Positions 63,789 to 64,000 of a DNA stretch of 64,000 nt are shown piece after piece. The stretch lies in assembly GCA_000091205.1 (NCBI GenBank), contig AP006484.2. One strand, written 5' to 3'. Each line of letters opens with the position of its first letter. Position 1 is the first letter of the stretch. This DNA is from Cyanidioschyzon merolae. Taxonomy: Eukaryota. Below the pieces are notes generated by a model. That model was not told where the DNA came from, did no database searches, and saw nothing but the letters and a program-made list of their open reading frames with translations. The position numbers and the translations under genes were made by a program.

Positions 63789-64000
63789 ATGGAGCACCCA
63801 ACTCGAGTTCGGCTTTCGTTATCATTCTGGGCGCCTGCAAGCTCCGCAGCTAGACCTACTGCCTGCGACAGCGCGAAGCGATGTATTAGGAGTCCATCAG
63901 GATCGGCGCGATACCCAGATGCAGACTACCTGCTCCTAGTCCCGGAGTATCCTGCGTTGCGGAAGAGTCGCTCAGATCTCGCTAATGCACCTACCATTAG
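63789..64000 (+). CDS. possible 5' end of a gene divergent from IDI (open to the right window edge)
   Basis: The plus frame is open from the stop at 63645-63647 to the window end, 117 codons, with ATG at 63789. There is no homology and it is only modestly longer than chance for this GC content. Confidence 0.12.
   Translation, partial: MEHPTRVRLSLSFWAPASSAARPTACDSAKRCIRSPSGSARYPDADYLLLVPEYPALRKSRSDLANAPTI

Noticed and set aside
1-64000. CRISPR arrays, prokaryotic operons, rRNA genes
   Set aside because: No direct-repeat/spacer arrays were seen. Gene content and structure are eukaryotic. No rRNA-like conserved stretches were recognised.

Overview
This 64-kb window reads as nuclear DNA from a GC-rich, intron-poor eukaryote. 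About 16 protein genes with clear homology are each encoded as a single uninterrupted ORF on both strands, separated by AT-richer intergenic DNA of 0.3-2 kb. The lineage cannot be assigned from sequence alone; a fungus, red alga or stramenopile-like protist would all be compatible. It is not a kinetoplastid, because strand switches are frequent. No CRISPR arrays, rRNA genes or confident tRNA genes were found.

Genes with homology support, left to right: an RNF10-like RING protein, ARL2, IWS1/Spn1, COQ8/ADCK (ABC1 kinase), CCT gamma (CCT3), a PHD+JmjC demethylase of PHF8/KDM7 type, a NUS1/Nogo-B-receptor-like cis-prenyltransferase subunit, MRT4, a GDSL/SGNH hydrolase, mitochondrial EF-Ts, POLD2, xylulokinase, uroporphyrinogen-III C-methyltransferase, a TMEM97/EXPERA protein, a bacterial-type YnbB-family PLP enzyme and IPP isomerase.

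Things the ORF track and the gene list do not explain:
- A ~1031-codon open frame on the minus strand runs off the left edge of the window. The supplied ORF track misses it because it has no stop inside the window.
- A 5.2-kb palindromic structure sits between the JmjC gene and NUS1: two ~1.46-kb inverted-repeat arms at high identity around a 2.3-kb spacer.
- An old dispersed ~750-bp repeat family is present in four copies in both orientations, plus a possible fused-terminus miniature copy.
- POLD2 and xylulokinase are only 11 nt apart on the same strand.
- The RNF10 orthologue has lost all four ligands of RING zinc site I while keeping site II.
- An AT-rich, gene-poor block holds a frameshifted Tc1/IS630-like transposase relic.
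- Several metabolic enzymes carry N-terminal extensions of roughly 80-110 residues ahead of the conserved fold, which look like targeting sequences.

All calls come from reading and hand-translating the sequence and from remembered family motifs. No searches were run.
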